From: Planctomycetota bacterium
Lineage (GTDB): Bacteria > Planctomycetota > UBA1135
DNA length: 35,217 bases
Reading direction: 5' to 3'
Assembly (NCBI GenBank): GCA_045047305.1
Contig: JASFYO010000008.1
Coordinates: 1 to 35,217, forward strand
Both the position numbers and the translations under genes were made by a program. The notes beneath the pieces are model-generated. The model was given only the letters and a program-made list of their open reading frames with translations, was not told the origin of the DNA and made no database searches. Shown piece after piece: positions 9,352 to 20,651 of the stretch. Each line of letters opens with the position of its first letter. The first letter of the stretch is position 1.

Positions 9352-12300
9352 TTAAGCAACAGGCTGAATCGCACGCAACTGCGGAGCCAGGCGTTGAGTC
9401 GCTTCGCCCAAGGAAATCCCACGTCGTTTCGCGTAATCCGCAACCTGGTCTTCTCCAATGGTGCCAATGCCAAAGTAGCAAGCATCCGGGTGAGCGAAGT
9501 AAAAACCACTCACGCTGGCAGCCGGCCACATCGCCCGTGTCTCAGTCAGCTGAACTCCGATTTGCTTCTCCACATCCAGAAGCGCAAACAAATCATCCTT
9601 CAAACTATGGTCCGGGCAGGCAGGGTAACCAGGCGCTGGCCGGATTCCTCGATAGCCCTCTTCAATCAGCGCTGCAGAACCCAAATCCTCGCCGGCAGCA
9701 TACCCCCAATCTTCACGGCGCACTCGGCGATGCAAATATTCAGCAAATGCCTCCGCTAGACGATCCGCTAAAGCCTTCACCATGATGGCTTGATAATCGT
9801 CATGTTCCGCCTCAAAACGCTCGATCCACTTCTCGATTCCAAACCCCGTACTCACTACGAAGGCGCCAACGTGATCGCTGCGTCCACTCGATGCGGGTGC
9901 CACGAAATCCGCAAGGCAGCGGTTGACGCGCCCTGACTGAGTGCTCCGTTGTTGACGCAACATCGGTACACGGGCTTCACCATGCGGGCCTTGGATTAGT
10001 AAGTCGTCACCATCTGAATTGGCTTCGAAAAGCCCCAATATGGCTCGCCCTGTGAGTCCACCGGGAGCACATATTTCATCCAGCATGCTCTCTGCATCCG
10101 CGTGCAATTCTCGTGCTTGGGCGCCGACGACTTTGTCGTTGAGAATTGATGGATAACGACCTTTTAGCTCCCAAGTGCTAAAGAATGGGGTCCAATCGAT
10201 GAAGGGGCGCAATTCGGATAGCGGGAAATCATCCAATAACTGAATACCCATACGCTTTGGTGTCGGCAATTCAGCACGCGACCAATCCGAAAAGGGCGCG
10301 GCTTTGCGTGCGGCATCCAACTTGGCAAGCGGACGTTTGGTGTGCCGCGATTGGTGCCGCGAACGCGCCTCCTGCAAACGTTTCTGATTCAACTCTAAAA
10401 ACTCTTCGCGCAAGTCCTCCGACAACAAACTCTGTACCTGATTGACTGCCTGTGAGGCATCGCGTCCGTGCACTACGGCTTGGCTGTACTCCCCAGCGAT
10501 ACGCACCGCTGTATGAGCGACGGAGGTGGTGGCGCCACCCACCAACAGAGGCAGCTTGGATCCAGTCCGCTCCATTTCCTTTGCGACGTGCACCATCTCA
10601 TCCAACGATGGTGTAATCAAACCGCTCAGGCCAATGATGTCGACCTCCTCCTCTAGAGCCCTCTTCAAAATTGTTTCCACTGGCACCATCACCCCGAGAT
10701 CAATAATCTTAAAACCATTACAAGCCAAGATCACTCCCACAATGTTCTTGCCGATGTCATGCACATCGCCCTTCACGGTTGCAAGCAAGACGCTACCCCG
10801 GCTGATGGAGCCGCCATCGACCTTGGCCGCTTCAAGATAAGGCTCCAGCCAGGCAACCGCGCGCTTCATCACCCGTGCACTCTTCACCACTTGAGGCAGA
10901 AACATGCGGCCACTGCCAAAACGTTCACCAACTACGTCCATTCCAGCCATCAGAGGCACTTCAATGACTTTCAATGGTTGTTGATGTAACTCAAGAGCCT
11001 CCGGCAAATCCTCCTCAAGGAAATCTGTGATTCCGTGAATCAGGGCATAAGCCAAACGCGCATCCACGTCCTCCGAGCGCCACGCTGCAGCTTCCTTTTC
11101 AGCATTGCCGGAACCATCGTCGACATGTGCAGCAGCATAAGCGAGTAGGTCATCCGAAGATTCCCTGCGTCGGTTCAGGATGAGGTCTTCACACCAACCG
11201 CGGAGATCTTCCGGCAGGTCATCGTAAAGCGGGAGGTTGCCAGCATGAACAATACCCATGGTGAGTCCTGCCTGAACTGCATGAAACAGAAATACCGCAT
11301 GCATCGCTTGACGCACGGTTTCTGCACCACGGAAACTAAACGAGAGATTACTGATGCCTCCACTGAACGAGCAAAGTGGATACCGCTGCTTCAATACGCG
11401 CAAGGCGTCGAGGAAGTCTGCGGCATAGGAATCATGCTCTTCAATTCCAGTTGCAATCGCGAGCACATTCAAGTCCAACACCACGTCTTGATCATGGAAA
11501 CCGACCTCACGCAAAATGCTGATGGCACGGTCTACAATCTCAACGCGTCGCCCGACATCGACCGCCTGCCCCGCCTCGTCAAAGGCCATGATGACTACGG
11601 CTGCGCCCATGCGCTTGACATGGGTGGCCCGACGGCGGAACTCTTCCTCGCCATCCTTGAGGCTGAGAGAGTTCACTAAAGCGCGGCCCTGCACATTCTT
11701 TAAACCTTCCTCCAGCACCTCCCAACGCGAAGAATCCAAAACAATCGGAACCCGCGCAATCTCCGGTTCCGCTGCTAATAAGCGTAGATAACGGCGCATC
11801 GCATCGACCGAATCAAGCAAGCCCTCATCCATATTCACGTCTAAGGCTTGCGCGCCACTCTCCACTTGATCGCGTGCAACGGCAAGCGCGGCGTCGTAAT
11901 CATCGGAAAGAATCAAGCGCGCAAAACGACGCGAACCTGTCACATTGGTACGTTCTCCAATGTTCATAAAGTTGGCATCTGGACGCAACTCCAAAGCCTC
12001 TAAGCCCGCCAAGTGCGGGAAGCCAGGCACTTGTGGGATTACGCGCGGGGGCAATCCCTTCACCGCCTCTACCATCGATCGAATGTGCTCCGGCGTAGTG
12101 CCACAACAACCGCCCACCAGATTCAATAATCCTTCCCCTGCCCAGGTTCGCACGTGTTCCGCCATCGCCTCGGGGCCGAGATCATATTCGCCAAAAGCGT
12201 TAGGCAGACCCGCGTTGGGATAGCACATGACTGGGCAATCGGCAATCGCTGCCACACTCTCCAAGTGTGGACGCATTTCCTCTGGACCTAAGGCGCAATT

Positions 12301-13047
12301 AAATCCAATCGCTCCCAAATCTCCATGCGCTACGGAGTACCAAAACGCCTCAACCGTTTGCCCGGAAAGCGTGCGCCCCGAAGCATCGGTAATGGTTCCA
12401 GAAACAAAAACGGGGAGCCGTTTCCCGCACTTGTCAAATGCCTCTCCTGCCGCAAACAAAGCAGCCTTGCAGTTCAAGGTATCGAATACGGTTTCGATCA
12501 GTAGGAAGTCTGCTCCACCATCCACCAGGCCTCGTATTTGATCCTTATATGCGTCTTTGAGAGTGTCAAAGTCAATCGCGCGATCGCCTGGGTCCTCAAC
12601 CGAAGAGCTCATCGAGCACATACGATTGGTCGGTCCAATCGAGCCTGCAACGAAACGCGGCTGTTGCGGATTCTGTGTCGTGAACCTTACGGCCACCTCG
12701 CGCGCGACCTCGGCCGCGGCACGATTTAAGTCGTAGCAAGCATCTTCTAACTGATAGTCTGCCTGTGAAATCGCATTGGCGCTAAAGGTATCGGTCTCGA
12801 TAATGTCGGCACCAACCTCGAGGTAAGCGGCATGGACCTCGGCGATGACCTCGGGCTTAGTAAGCACTAAGACATCGTGGTTACCCAACAGGGGGACCGC
12901 GTGATTGGAAAAACGCTCGCCACGATAATCCTCCTCAGATAAGCCACAGGCTTGCACCATCGTTCCCATCGCGCCATCCAAAACCAAAATGCGTTTTTGC
13001 AACGCGTGGGCGATGCAGGGGAGGTCGTTTGCGTGATTCGGCTTCAT
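9352..13047 (-). CDS. metH: Cobalamin-dependent methionine synthase
   Basis: [32 protein letters not shown] (B12-binding) and [12 protein letters not shown]; start placed at ATG 13047. Confidence 0.97.
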   Translation of the reverse strand: MKPNHANDLPCIAHALQKRILVLDGAMGTMVQACGLSEEDYRGERFSNHAVPLLGNHDVLVLTKPEVIAEVHAAYLEVGADIIETDTFSANAISQADYQLEDACYDLNRAAAEVAREVAVRFTTQNPQQPRFVAGSIGPTNRMCSMSSSVEDPGDRAIDFDTLKDAYKDQIRGLVDGGADFLLIETVFDTLNCKAALFAAGEAFDKCGKRLPVFVSGTITDASGRTLSGQTVEAFWYSVAHGDLGAIGFNCALGPEEMRPHLESVAAIADCPVMCYPNAGLPNAFGEYDLGPEAMAEHVRTWAGEGLLNLVGGCCGTTPEHIRSMVEAVKGLPPRVIPQVPGFPHLAGLEALELRPDANFMNIGERTNVTGSRRFARLILSDDYDAALAVARDQVESGAQALDVNMDEGLLDSVDAMRRYLRLLAAEPEIARVPIVLDSSRWEVLEEGLKNVQGRALVNSLSLKDGEEEFRRRATHVKRMGAAVVIMAFDEAGQAVDVGRRVEIVDRAISILREVGFHDQDVVLDLNVLAIATGIEEHDSYAADFLDALRVLKQRYPLCSFSGGISNLSFSFRGAETVRQAMHAVFLFHAVQAGLTMGIVHAGNLPLYDDLPEDLRGWCEDLILNRRRESSDDLLAYAAAHVDDGSGNAEKEAAAWRSEDVDARLAYALIHGITDFLEEDLPEALELHQQPLKVIEVPLMAGMDVVGERFGSGRMFLPQVVKSARVMKRAVAWLEPYLEAAKVDGGSISRGSVLLATVKGDVHDIGKNIVGVILACNGFKIIDLGVMVPVETILKRALEEEVDIIGLSGLITPSLDEMVHVAKEMERTGSKLPLLVGGATTSVAHTAVRIAGEYSQAVVHGRDASQAVNQVQSLLSEDLREEFLELNQKRLQEARSRHQSRHTKRPLAKLDAARKAAPFSDWSRAELPTPKRMGIQLLDDFPLSELRPFIDWTPFFSTWELKGRYPSILNDKVVGAQARELHADAESMLDEICAPGGLTGRAILGLFEANSDGDDLLIQGPHGEARVPMLRQQRSTQSGRVNRCLADFVAPASSGRSDHVGAFVVSTGFGIEKWIERFEAEHDDYQAIMVKALADRLAEAFAEYLHRRVRREDWGYAAGEDLGSAALIEEGYRGIRPAPGYPACPDHSLKDDLFALLDVEKQIGVQLTETRAMWPAASVSGFYFAHPDACYFGIGTIGEDQVADYAKRRGISLGEATQRLAPQLRAIQPVA

Positions 13048-13087
13048 GTCCTTGGGTGCACTCTTATGCAAGTATGGGGACAGGCGC

Positions 13088-13184
13088 GCGCATTATTCCG
13101 AAACATCGGAGGGTTTTGCCACCGTGCTCGCAAGCCGGTTGGCCGAGTTTCGCAGGGCCTGTCCCTCCACTCGTCTGAATGCGT
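13088..13184 (-). promoter_or_regulatory. SAM-I (S-box) riboswitch
   Basis: Minus strand reads GCATTCAGACGAGTGGAGGGACAGGCCCTGCGAAACTCGGCCAACC..GGTGGC..AATGC: P1 GCATT/AATGC, kink-turn GAGGGA..CCC..GAA, P3 CAACC/GGTG. It lies directly upstream of metH, with a TGtTAGGAT -10 box (TAGGAT at 13189-13194). Confidence 0.9.
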
Positions 13185-13213
13185 AATCATCCTAACAACT
13201 CGAAAGCGAAAGC

Positions 13214-15172
13214 TCAATCCCAGGAATCGTGCGACGCTTCCAAGTAGGTGTAACCATTCAAGCCATTCACGTAAAACTCCATTAAAGTGCGGCTCTCTAC
13301 CGGCGTAATCGAGCCTGCTCGCACAGCTTTTTCGCAATCCTTACGTAATTGCGCCTCTAAACGCTCTGGCTCATATTGCACATAGCCGAGCACTTCGCGT
13401 GCAGTATCGCCGGGCACCACTTCCTCGACCGACCACCCGCCGCTCTCATCGACGCGGATGTGCGCGACATGAGTATCGCCAAACAGGTTGTGCAAATCAC
13501 CCAAAGTTTCCTGATAAGCACCGACCAGGAAAACGCCTAAGTAGTACGGCTCCCCCGCCTTTAAGCTGTGCACGGCCAAAGCGGGTTGCGGGTCGCCAGC
13601 GGAAATGAAGCGATCGATCTTGCCGTCGGAGTCACAGGTGACGTCGCCCAGCACCACGCGCGCAGTGGGCTCCTCGTCTAGGCGGTGAATCGGCATGACT
13701 GGAAAGAGTTGTTGGATCGCCCAGGCATCGGGGACCGATTGAAAAACCGAGAAGTTGCAAAAATAGGTTTCCCGCAACAGGTGTTCTAGTTCCTCTAACT
13801 CCGACGGATGGTCGCCAGATGTACGCATGAGATCACGCAGACGCAAGCAGGTGGACCAATAAAGCTTTTCCGCCAGCGCGCGGCCTTCCAAATCTAAATA
13901 GCCCAAGGCAAATAAATCGAGTGCTTCATCACGAGATTGGCTGATGTCGTGCAAGCGTTCGACCAGACGATCATCATCTAGATTGTCGGAAGCATCTTGC
14001 AAATCCTGCAGCGGCAGCGGCACCTCGCGGTTTGCCCCCCACGCATCAAGCTCCCCTGGTGCATGAGCGACCCTTTCGACACTATTCCGCCCCAACACAT
14101 CGAAAACCAGCATGCTGTGTTGCGCCACCATAGCGCGACCGCTTTCGCTCACAATCCTGGGATGCGGCACCTTGGCGTTATCGCAAATGTGACCGATGCG
14201 ATAAACCACATCGTAGGCATACTCTTCCAAGGAATAGTTCATGGAAGATTCAGTCGCACTTGCGGAGCCATCGTAATCCACACCGAGGCCGCCGCCGATG
14301 TCTAGATACCGCATTCCAGCACCAAGACGTACTAGCTCAACATAAATATGCCCGACCTCGTTGATTACATTTTTGATTAAGCGGATGTTGGGGATTTGAC
14401 TCCCGACATGACAATGTAAAAGCTGCAGGCAATCCAACATGTTGTGTTTTTTCAGCAACTGCGTCATCTGCAGAACTTCCGAGAGGAACAAACCAAACTT
14501 GGAACGGTGTCCAGAGCTTTCGCGCCACCGACCGACACCTTGACTGGCTAACTTCACCCGCACGCCAATCTTCGGCCGCACCTGATATTTTTCTGCATAT
14601 CGAATCACGCGTTCTAGTTCACGAAATCCCTCCACCACCGGAACAATGTTGCGCCCAATTTTTTTCGCAAGAATGACAGCCTCAATGTATGGGTCATCCT
14701 TAAAGCCATTACAAATGATCAATCGCTCTGGGTGAGCAGCGGTCAACGGCATCACCGCCAATAACTCCGGCTTACTCCCTACTTCAAGACCAAAACGAAA
14801 CTCTTGTCCGAACTCCACCAACTGCTCGACTAAATGCCGTTGCTGGTTCACCTTAATCGGGTAAACCGCGTGGTAGCTATTTTGGTATTGGTTTTCCTCG
14901 ATCGCAGCCTCAAAAGCGGAGGCCAGATGCGCGAGACGATTTTGCAAGATATCAGGGAAACGTAGAATTAAAGGAGTCGAATAGCCGCGGTCGGATAACC
15001 CCTTCACGATTTCCCCTAGGGCTACCCCCTGGGCACCCTGTCGCGCAGGATCGACCACTAATTCGCCATCTTCCCGCACCCGAAAGTAGCCCTGAGACCA
15101 GCCAGGCACTTGGTAGAGAAGGGAGGATCGATCTGGCGTCCAATCAGAAGGGGGCGGGGTGCGTGTGCTCAA
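13214..15172 (-). CDS. speA: Biosynthetic arginine decarboxylase
   Basis: VYPIKVNQ (PLP Lys), GLEVGSKPEL, HCHVGSQI, DIGGGLGVDYDG, TCDSDG and GAYQETLGDLHNLFG. Start uncertain (TTG 15172 vs GTG 15229). Confidence 0.95.
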   Translation of the reverse strand: MSTRTPPPSDWTPDRSSLLYQVPGWSQGYFRVREDGELVVDPARQGAQGVALGEIVKGLSDRGYSTPLILRFPDILQNRLAHLASAFEAAIEENQYQNSYHAVYPIKVNQQRHLVEQLVEFGQEFRFGLEVGSKPELLAVMPLTAAHPERLIICNGFKDDPYIEAVILAKKIGRNIVPVVEGFRELERVIRYAEKYQVRPKIGVRVKLASQGVGRWRESSGHRSKFGLFLSEVLQMTQLLKKHNMLDCLQLLHCHVGSQIPNIRLIKNVINEVGHIYVELVRLGAGMRYLDIGGGLGVDYDGSASATESSMNYSLEEYAYDVVYRIGHICDNAKVPHPRIVSESGRAMVAQHSMLVFDVLGRNSVERVAHAPGELDAWGANREVPLPLQDLQDASDNLDDDRLVERLHDISQSRDEALDLFALGYLDLEGRALAEKLYWSTCLRLRDLMRTSGDHPSELEELEHLLRETYFCNFSVFQSVPDAWAIQQLFPVMPIHRLDEEPTARVVLGDVTCDSDGKIDRFISAGDPQPALAVHSLKAGEPYYLGVFLVGAYQETLGDLHNLFGDTHVAHIRVDESGGWSVEEVVPGDTAREVLGYVQYEPERLEAQLRKDCEKAVRAGSITPVESRTLMEFYVNGLNGYTYLEASHDSWD

Positions 15173-15250
15173 GCCAGCATTGTGCCGTGGTTGGAGAAAA
15201 AGAGAAAGATTTAGACCAATTGCTTTCACTTAAACACTCTAAAATCTGGC

Positions 15251-15514
15251 ATGGCAACTATTAGCAAAGACGTCGGCGGAGTCCTGGTAACTTTAAAAGT
15301 GACCCTGAATTCAAATGGAGAATATGTAGCAACATTCCTCACTCCCGCCAACACTGCCGGACATTCTCAAACCGTCGAACCCGGCTCTAAAACTGCCGTG
15401 ACCAGCGATAGAGATCAAGATTGCGTTTACCGGTTGACGCCCATCGGCGTAAATTGGGAAGACGTGACCTCCGCATCCCAAGTACATTGGGAAGTCAACT
15501 GTTCCACTAACTAG
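15251..15514 (+). CDS. Small hypothetical beta-rich protein (87 aa)
   Basis: ATG preceded by TAAAAT 5 nt upstream; fills the gap before the ECF gene; no recognisable motif. Confidence 0.6.
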   Translation: MATISKDVGGVLVTLKVTLNSNGEYVATFLTPANTAGHSQTVEPGSKTAVTSDRDQDCVYRLTPIGVNWEDVTSASQVHWEVNCSTN

Positions 15515-15544
15515 ACCACTCAATAACTCTGGCACCCACCCCAC

Positions 15545-18445
15545 ATGCCTTCCCCACATATTTCTGCTGAGAATCTGCTCCAACACCAGGACTGGTTATT
15601 TCGTTTTGTCCGCAAGCTAGTCCGAGATGACTTCACCGCCGACGACATGGTGCAGGCTACTTTTGCCCAAGCCTTAACCGACCCTAAAGCAGGTAAAACC
15701 AATCTTCCGGCATGGTTGGCATCCACCGCGCGGCGCATCACGGCCCAAGATTGGCGCAGCAACTCACGCCGTAAAAACAGAGAGAATAGTCTCCGCATTT
15801 CAGATGAAGCGATTGTCAAACAGTCGTCGGAACTCACAGAACTATTTCAAGTTGCAAACTCCGCGCTCCACGATTTGCCGGAGCAGGAACGGGTGGTACT
15901 TATGTTGCGCCACATGCAGGGCTGGAAACCCAAAGCCATCGCGAAGGAATTGGACCTTCCACTAGAAGTCGTATACCGGCATGCGGAACGTGGTTGCCAA
16001 AAGCTCCGTGGCCGACTGAAGAATTCTTATGGCCACGGTTGGCAAACCAGTTGCCTAGCGATTTTGGTCCTTCCGAATCTTCAGAAGAATGTCAGCCTTA
16101 CCACCATGGTTACCGGCCTTGTAGCTAGCATTGCGCTGGTTGCAGCAGGGATATGGGGGTTCGCTACCATGAATTCCAAGTCAAACGACCTCGCTTTGGC
16201 CGACAAGACCGGGGCCTTTGCCATGGAGGCTTTGGCTTCCCCTCCGTTGGAGTCAACCATGGCCTCCCTCCCAGGACGTATCGACCTAGAGGGGCCTGCT
16301 GCTGATTTCTTTCCGATTCGATTCCAAGCCTTGTCACCACAGGGGGATCCTTACCCAAATTGTTGGGTTCGCGCGGGTTGGATCGTTGGCCGGGATTATC
16401 CAGAAGGCCATACCGATGCAAGTGGTTTCATCAGCCTCGATATTCCTGTTGGCGCGGAAGGAATGTTTGTTGAATTCGGAGCCACCAACCTTTTTGGTAA
16501 AAAGATGCTTTTGGATGATGCAGACCTCAGCCAACCCATCGCCCTGCAACTAGTGAAGGGCACCATCCCGGTTTCTTTCCAAACACTCGCTGAAGAGGAA
16601 GGCCAACTGCTTTCCATTCGAGGCGGATCCGCATGGCTAGCCTTTAAGGAATGGTGTGGTTTTGCGCAAACCGATGCCACTGGGCTCGCGGAAGTTCTTC
16701 TACCCGCTCCCGGCCGATTCCATGCTAAGAGCGCACAGCCAACCCCAGGCTGGCACCGCTCGGAAATCACCGTTGGCGCGGAAGGATTCCCATTCCCTAT
16801 TCCAGTAATCTTCAAGGATGCCACGGAATACAACCTAGTGGTGCATGACAAAGCTGGAGGCGGACTTATTGACCATGCACAGTTTTTCCTTTCGTCCCAG
16901 GATCGTGATCGCGGAAACCTTGCTTTCCTTGAAAGCCATTCGGAATTCCCATCTTCCCGTGGAAGGCTCTCCATTTTGGCCTCCGCACTTCCGGGACCGG
17001 AATTCTATGTCACTATTCAGGCAGAGAATTATGCCAGCACCTCAATCCAACTACGTGACCCGCGCGGCGAAGAAATTGTAGTGGAGTTAAGTAAAATTGA
17101 ATGGGTTCCAGCCACCCTAGTTTGTGGCCAACCTGGAGTTCGGTTTGCCTCCCTCTTTATCTACGAAGATAACGGGGCCTTCCGCTACCCCAGCAATAGC
17201 AGCAACCATCAATCATGGGGAACCTACCTCAGAAAGGAGCTCTCCATCTCGCCACAAGGTAATTTCATGCTACCGAGAACCTTGGACGGTTCCAGAGGCT
17301 CTTTCAAGCTAGTCGGCATCGATACTCAAGGGCGTGAATGGATTGCTAATGATTTAAGCCTACCCGACCGCGAAGGCACCGATTTGCGGTTTGTACCGAC
17401 CCCTCCCGCGACCGGGCATTCCATAGTCAAGATTGCTGGTGCGCGCCCAGCATCCCCTTCGGTTTCCTACCGGAGTTATTTAAATGGTCCAGTCAATGCT
17501 GACTTGGTGCAGGTCGTCCCGAATGAACTTGAGGAGTTACATTATGCGACGCGCCCAGGAAGCCGAATTGCAGTTTCTTATTGGGAGAAGGGCCTCCATT
17601 TCGAGTTGGAACGATGGCTCCCCGCCGGTGAAGATTCTGCCACCTTCCTCGCTGAAATCCCTAAAGGTAACGCAACTCTGGAAGGCCTGTTTTACGATCA
17701 AGATGGCCACCAGATCCCAGATGGCACGCTCCTCGCCTTCCGTTATATGCCACAGGGAGCCAATACTTCCGAGGGCTTGCAGACTGCAGACATCCTCACC
17801 CTGCGAGGCCGCATCAAGGATGGGGAAATCTCCCTGCAGGATTGCCCTCCAGGTGAGTACCTCTTTTCATCTGGCCCCTTCCAAGACCAAATGGAGCAAA
17901 TCGTGCATACGGGAGTGCCATTCGTAGTGCATTTCCCCGCAACCAAGGCACTCATTCTGCAAGCCTTTAGCGAGACAGAATCCAATCCCATACTCTCCCA
18001 TTTCGTGCTATCGAATATCCGACGCACACCAAAGTCTCCCATGGTTTACGGTGACTCGAATGAAGGATCGGGCTTTCTCTCTTACGAATTCCCGCAGGAT
18101 TTCGACCAAAGCTACCTCTTAGTTTCTGCCTTTAGGCATCAGCCGCAAGCGCTCCCCGATCTACTGCCCGGTCAAACCCTACGAGTCTTCCTAAAACCTG
18201 GCCGTTACCTAAAAATGGACTTAGAGGAGTTGGGCGTGGTCCATCAAGAAGACCACCGCTGGATTTGTGATGCATGGGGCCATGCCAACGATCCACGCCA
18301 ATCTCTTATCCGAGTGGTGGATCAAGCTATCCAACTCTCTGGCCTTCCACTGGAGGCTGTGCGCTTTATCGAACTCGATGAGAACGACGCAGCAACAGGC
18401 GTGGTGATTTACGTCGATCCTTCTGGCGCTGCAGTGCTGGAATAA
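15545..18445 (+). CDS. Membrane-anchored ECF sigma factor with ~750-aa extracytoplasmic extension
   Basis: N-terminal sigma2 (ADDMVQATF..AWL) and sigma4 (LPEQERVVLMLRHMQG..IAKELDLP); TM segment VTGLVASIALVAAGIWGF; beta-sandwich-like motifs (TDASG, TDATG, CPPGEY). Confidence 0.82.
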   Translation: MPSPHISAENLLQHQDWLFRFVRKLVRDDFTADDMVQATFAQALTDPKAGKTNLPAWLASTARRITAQDWRSNSRRKNRENSLRISDEAIVKQSSELTELFQVANSALHDLPEQERVVLMLRHMQGWKPKAIAKELDLPLEVVYRHAERGCQKLRGRLKNSYGHGWQTSCLAILVLPNLQKNVSLTTMVTGLVASIALVAAGIWGFATMNSKSNDLALADKTGAFAMEALASPPLESTMASLPGRIDLEGPAADFFPIRFQALSPQGDPYPNCWVRAGWIVGRDYPEGHTDASGFISLDIPVGAEGMFVEFGATNLFGKKMLLDDADLSQPIALQLVKGTIPVSFQTLAEEEGQLLSIRGGSAWLAFKEWCGFAQTDATGLAEVLLPAPGRFHAKSAQPTPGWHRSEITVGAEGFPFPIPVIFKDATEYNLVVHDKAGGGLIDHAQFFLSSQDRDRGNLAFLESHSEFPSSRGRLSILASALPGPEFYVTIQAENYASTSIQLRDPRGEEIVVELSKIEWVPATLVCGQPGVRFASLFIYEDNGAFRYPSNSSNHQSWGTYLRKELSISPQGNFMLPRTLDGSRGSFKLVGIDTQGREWIANDLSLPDREGTDLRFVPTPPATGHSIVKIAGARPASPSVSYRSYLNGPVNADLVQVVPNELEELHYATRPGSRIAVSYWEKGLHFELERWLPAGEDSATFLAEIPKGNATLEGLFYDQDGHQIPDGTLLAFRYMPQGANTSEGLQTADILTLRGRIKDGEISLQDCPPGEYLFSSGPFQDQMEQIVHTGVPFVVHFPATKALILQAFSETESNPILSHFVLSNIRRTPKSPMVYGDSNEGSGFLSYEFPQDFDQSYLLVSAFRHQPQALPDLLPGQTLRVFLKPGRYLKMDLEELGVVHQEDHRWICDAWGHANDPRQSLIRVVDQAIQLSGLPLEAVRFIELDENDAATGVVIYVDPSGAAVLE

Positions 18446-18460
18446 GTTGCCTGCGCGAGA

Positions 18461-19438
18461 TTGAAACAGCGCCGTTATCCTCTGCGCTGCATGATTCGCT
18501 CCGTCGCCGCATCCATCCTTTCGCTAATTCTGATCCTTGGACTGGTAAGTTGCGGTGAACCTGCAACGACACAGCTCAGCGCAGTAGAACTCGACCACCC
18601 CTCCTTCTTGTGGGAGGTAGAAAAGGATGGTTCGCATGCATGGCTCTTCGGCACCATGCACTTCACCGATCCAGAAGTCACAACCCTAGGCCAAGAAGTG
18701 GATGACGCCATCACCGCTGCCGACGCCATCTTCACCGAGGTCGAGGAAACCCCTAGCTCCGGTGCCTTCATTTCGACGGCTGGACGTTTACCTAGCGGCG
18801 AGTCACTCAGCGATCTCGTCCCAGCAGAGCTATTGCAAAGCCTTCACGCTTATCTCCAATCGCGTGGACTTCCACCAAGCTCGATGGACCAATGGCGGCC
18901 ATGGATGGTAAGTGTGCAAATTGGACTACTCGACGCCATCCCCTTTATGTCGGATGGCCAGAAGTTAGATGTGCAACTCATGCATCGCGCTAAAAATGAG
19001 GGGAAAGAATTTGGTGCGATTGAGAAAACCGAAGATCAGTTACGCGCCCTGACTGTGGGAAGCGTTGCCGATCAAGTGCATATGCTTGGCGTCACCCTAG
19101 AGAAGCTTGTGAAGGAGCAAGCCAATGGAGCTTCCAGCCTCGCCAAGCTTCGCGACCTTTATCTGGCCGGTGACGAAGATGCGTTGTGGAAATTCGCTAT
19201 GTCAGAAACGGATTTGGATGATCCAATTCAAATCGATTGGCTGCATGCTATCTTGCAGGAGCGCAATCTGCTGATGGCGCAACGCATTCACGCGCGACTG
19301 CAGGAGTTTCCCGAAAGATCAACCTTCTTCGCATTTGGAGCCCTGCACTTCGTCGGCCCCGACAGCGTAGGCGAGCATTTGAAATCTCTGGGATACACAG
19401 TTACGCGAGTGCAGCATATCGCTCCCGCGATGGACTAA
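18461..19438 (+). CDS. TraB/GumN family lipoprotein
   Basis: Lipobox LVSC; LWEV..WLFGTMH, PWM, ERN..M and FFAFGALHFVG..V. Start may be ATG 18491. Confidence 0.85.
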   Translation: MKQRRYPLRCMIRSVAASILSLILILGLVSCGEPATTQLSAVELDHPSFLWEVEKDGSHAWLFGTMHFTDPEVTTLGQEVDDAITAADAIFTEVEETPSSGAFISTAGRLPSGESLSDLVPAELLQSLHAYLQSRGLPPSSMDQWRPWMVSVQIGLLDAIPFMSDGQKLDVQLMHRAKNEGKEFGAIEKTEDQLRALTVGSVADQVHMLGVTLEKLVKEQANGASSLAKLRDLYLAGDEDALWKFAMSETDLDDPIQIDWLHAILQERNLLMAQRIHARLQEFPERSTFFAFGALHFVGPDSVGEHLKSLGYTVTRVQHIAPAMD

Positions 19439-20607
19439 ATCAGGCTTTCCACAGCATCAGCCAGTCGGAGATACTCCGATTCCGTGTTGTAGATGTGAGC
19501 GGACAAGCGCACCACAGTGCCGAGGCCATCGGGTAGTGGGATAGCAGGAATTTGAATTCCCCACTGGTCGTGCAACTCGGCGTAAATACTGGTCTTGCGT
19601 TTTGCCACCGACTCGACTGCTGCGACCGGAACGAAAACTGAAGCCATGGTGCCTATCATCGAGTCCGGCGCCGGCAACGTGGTTGCAAAACGTTGCGCCA
19701 ACATCCTGCGCATGGAGAGCGCCAGTTCATGATTACGCTGCATGATGGCATTCCATCCCCCATCCACTAGATCCTCCATAAAATCAAGGACGTCGGCGAT
19801 GCTGCCCCACGCAGTGGGATCAAAGGTTCCGGTCCAATCGAACTCCTGTAGAAAGCGAGAACGGTTTTTAGTACTAGCGTTATAGCCATGACTGATCGTG
19901 ACTGGGTGGATTTCCTCTTGCAACTCTGGACGTACATAAAGGAAGGCGGACCCCTTCGGCGCACAAGCCCATTTATGAAGATTGCCGGTGTAGTAATCGG
20001 CCCCGATCATTTTCAAATCCAAGGGGATTTGCCCTGGTGCATGAGCGCCATCAATCAAAACGCGAATGCCTTGGGCACGCATGGCCTTAGTCACCGCCTC
20101 TACCGGCAACAACAATGCGGTTGGACTTGTGAGATGGTCGATCAAACAGAACACGGTGCGTTTGGTCACCTTTGCCATCATCGCATCGACAATTTGCTGT
20201 GAATCAGTTAATGGAAATGGCAGTTTCACCACCACCACCGTTGCGCCCCACCGCTCTGCGGCAAAATCCAATGCGTTGCGGCAGGCGTTGTATTCGTGGT
20301 CGGTGACTAAAACCTCATCGCCCTTCCTCCAGCGTTGCGAGCCAATGGCTGCATTCACTCCATGGGTGGCATTCGGGACGAAAGCTAAATCCTCCGCCGG
20401 CGCCCCTACGAAAGTGGCCAACCGCTCTCGCGAACGATCCAACAGGGCCGTGCGATGTGCCATGAAGCGCACCGGCTCACGTTCCAACTCTTGACGTAGC
20501 TCCTGCTGCCGCAATTGAATCCGTGCTGGGCACGCACCGTAAGAGCCGTGGTTCAAAAAAGTCACTTCTGGATCCAAGGTCCAATGCCGCCGATAAGGAT
20601 TCTCCAT
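19435..20607 (-). CDS. Class V PLP aminotransferase, isopenicillin-N epimerase / cysteine desulfhydrase-like
   Basis: FLNHGSYGACP, VPNAT, DHLTSPT, DGAHAPG, GNLHKW (PLP Lys) and WTGTFD; start ATG 20607 with TACACT 7 nt upstream. Confidence 0.88.
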   Translation of the reverse strand: MENPYRRHWTLDPEVTFLNHGSYGACPARIQLRQQELRQELEREPVRFMAHRTALLDRSRERLATFVGAPAEDLAFVPNATHGVNAAIGSQRWRKGDEVLVTDHEYNACRNALDFAAERWGATVVVVKLPFPLTDSQQIVDAMMAKVTKRTVFCLIDHLTSPTALLLPVEAVTKAMRAQGIRVLIDGAHAPGQIPLDLKMIGADYYTGNLHKWACAPKGSAFLYVRPELQEEIHPVTISHGYNASTKNRSRFLQEFDWTGTFDPTAWGSIADVLDFMEDLVDGGWNAIMQRNHELALSMRRMLAQRFATTLPAPDSMIGTMASVFVPVAAVESVAKRKTSIYAELHDQWGIQIPAIPLPDGLGTVVRLSAHIYNTESEYLRLADAVESLI

Positions 20608-20651
20608 AAAAACTAGTGTAGAAGCTCCGCAACATGACCTAGAATGTCTGT

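Noticed and set aside
6620..15229. A dedicated sulfur/SAM/polyamine cluster (CDO, asd, metH, speA)
   Set aside because: Mixed orientations and separate promoters; no evidence of a single system.
19435..20607. Calling this SufS/CsdA or selenocysteine lyase
   Set aside because: It lacks the C-terminal catalytic Cys loop, and its motifs fit the isopenicillin-N epimerase-like branch.
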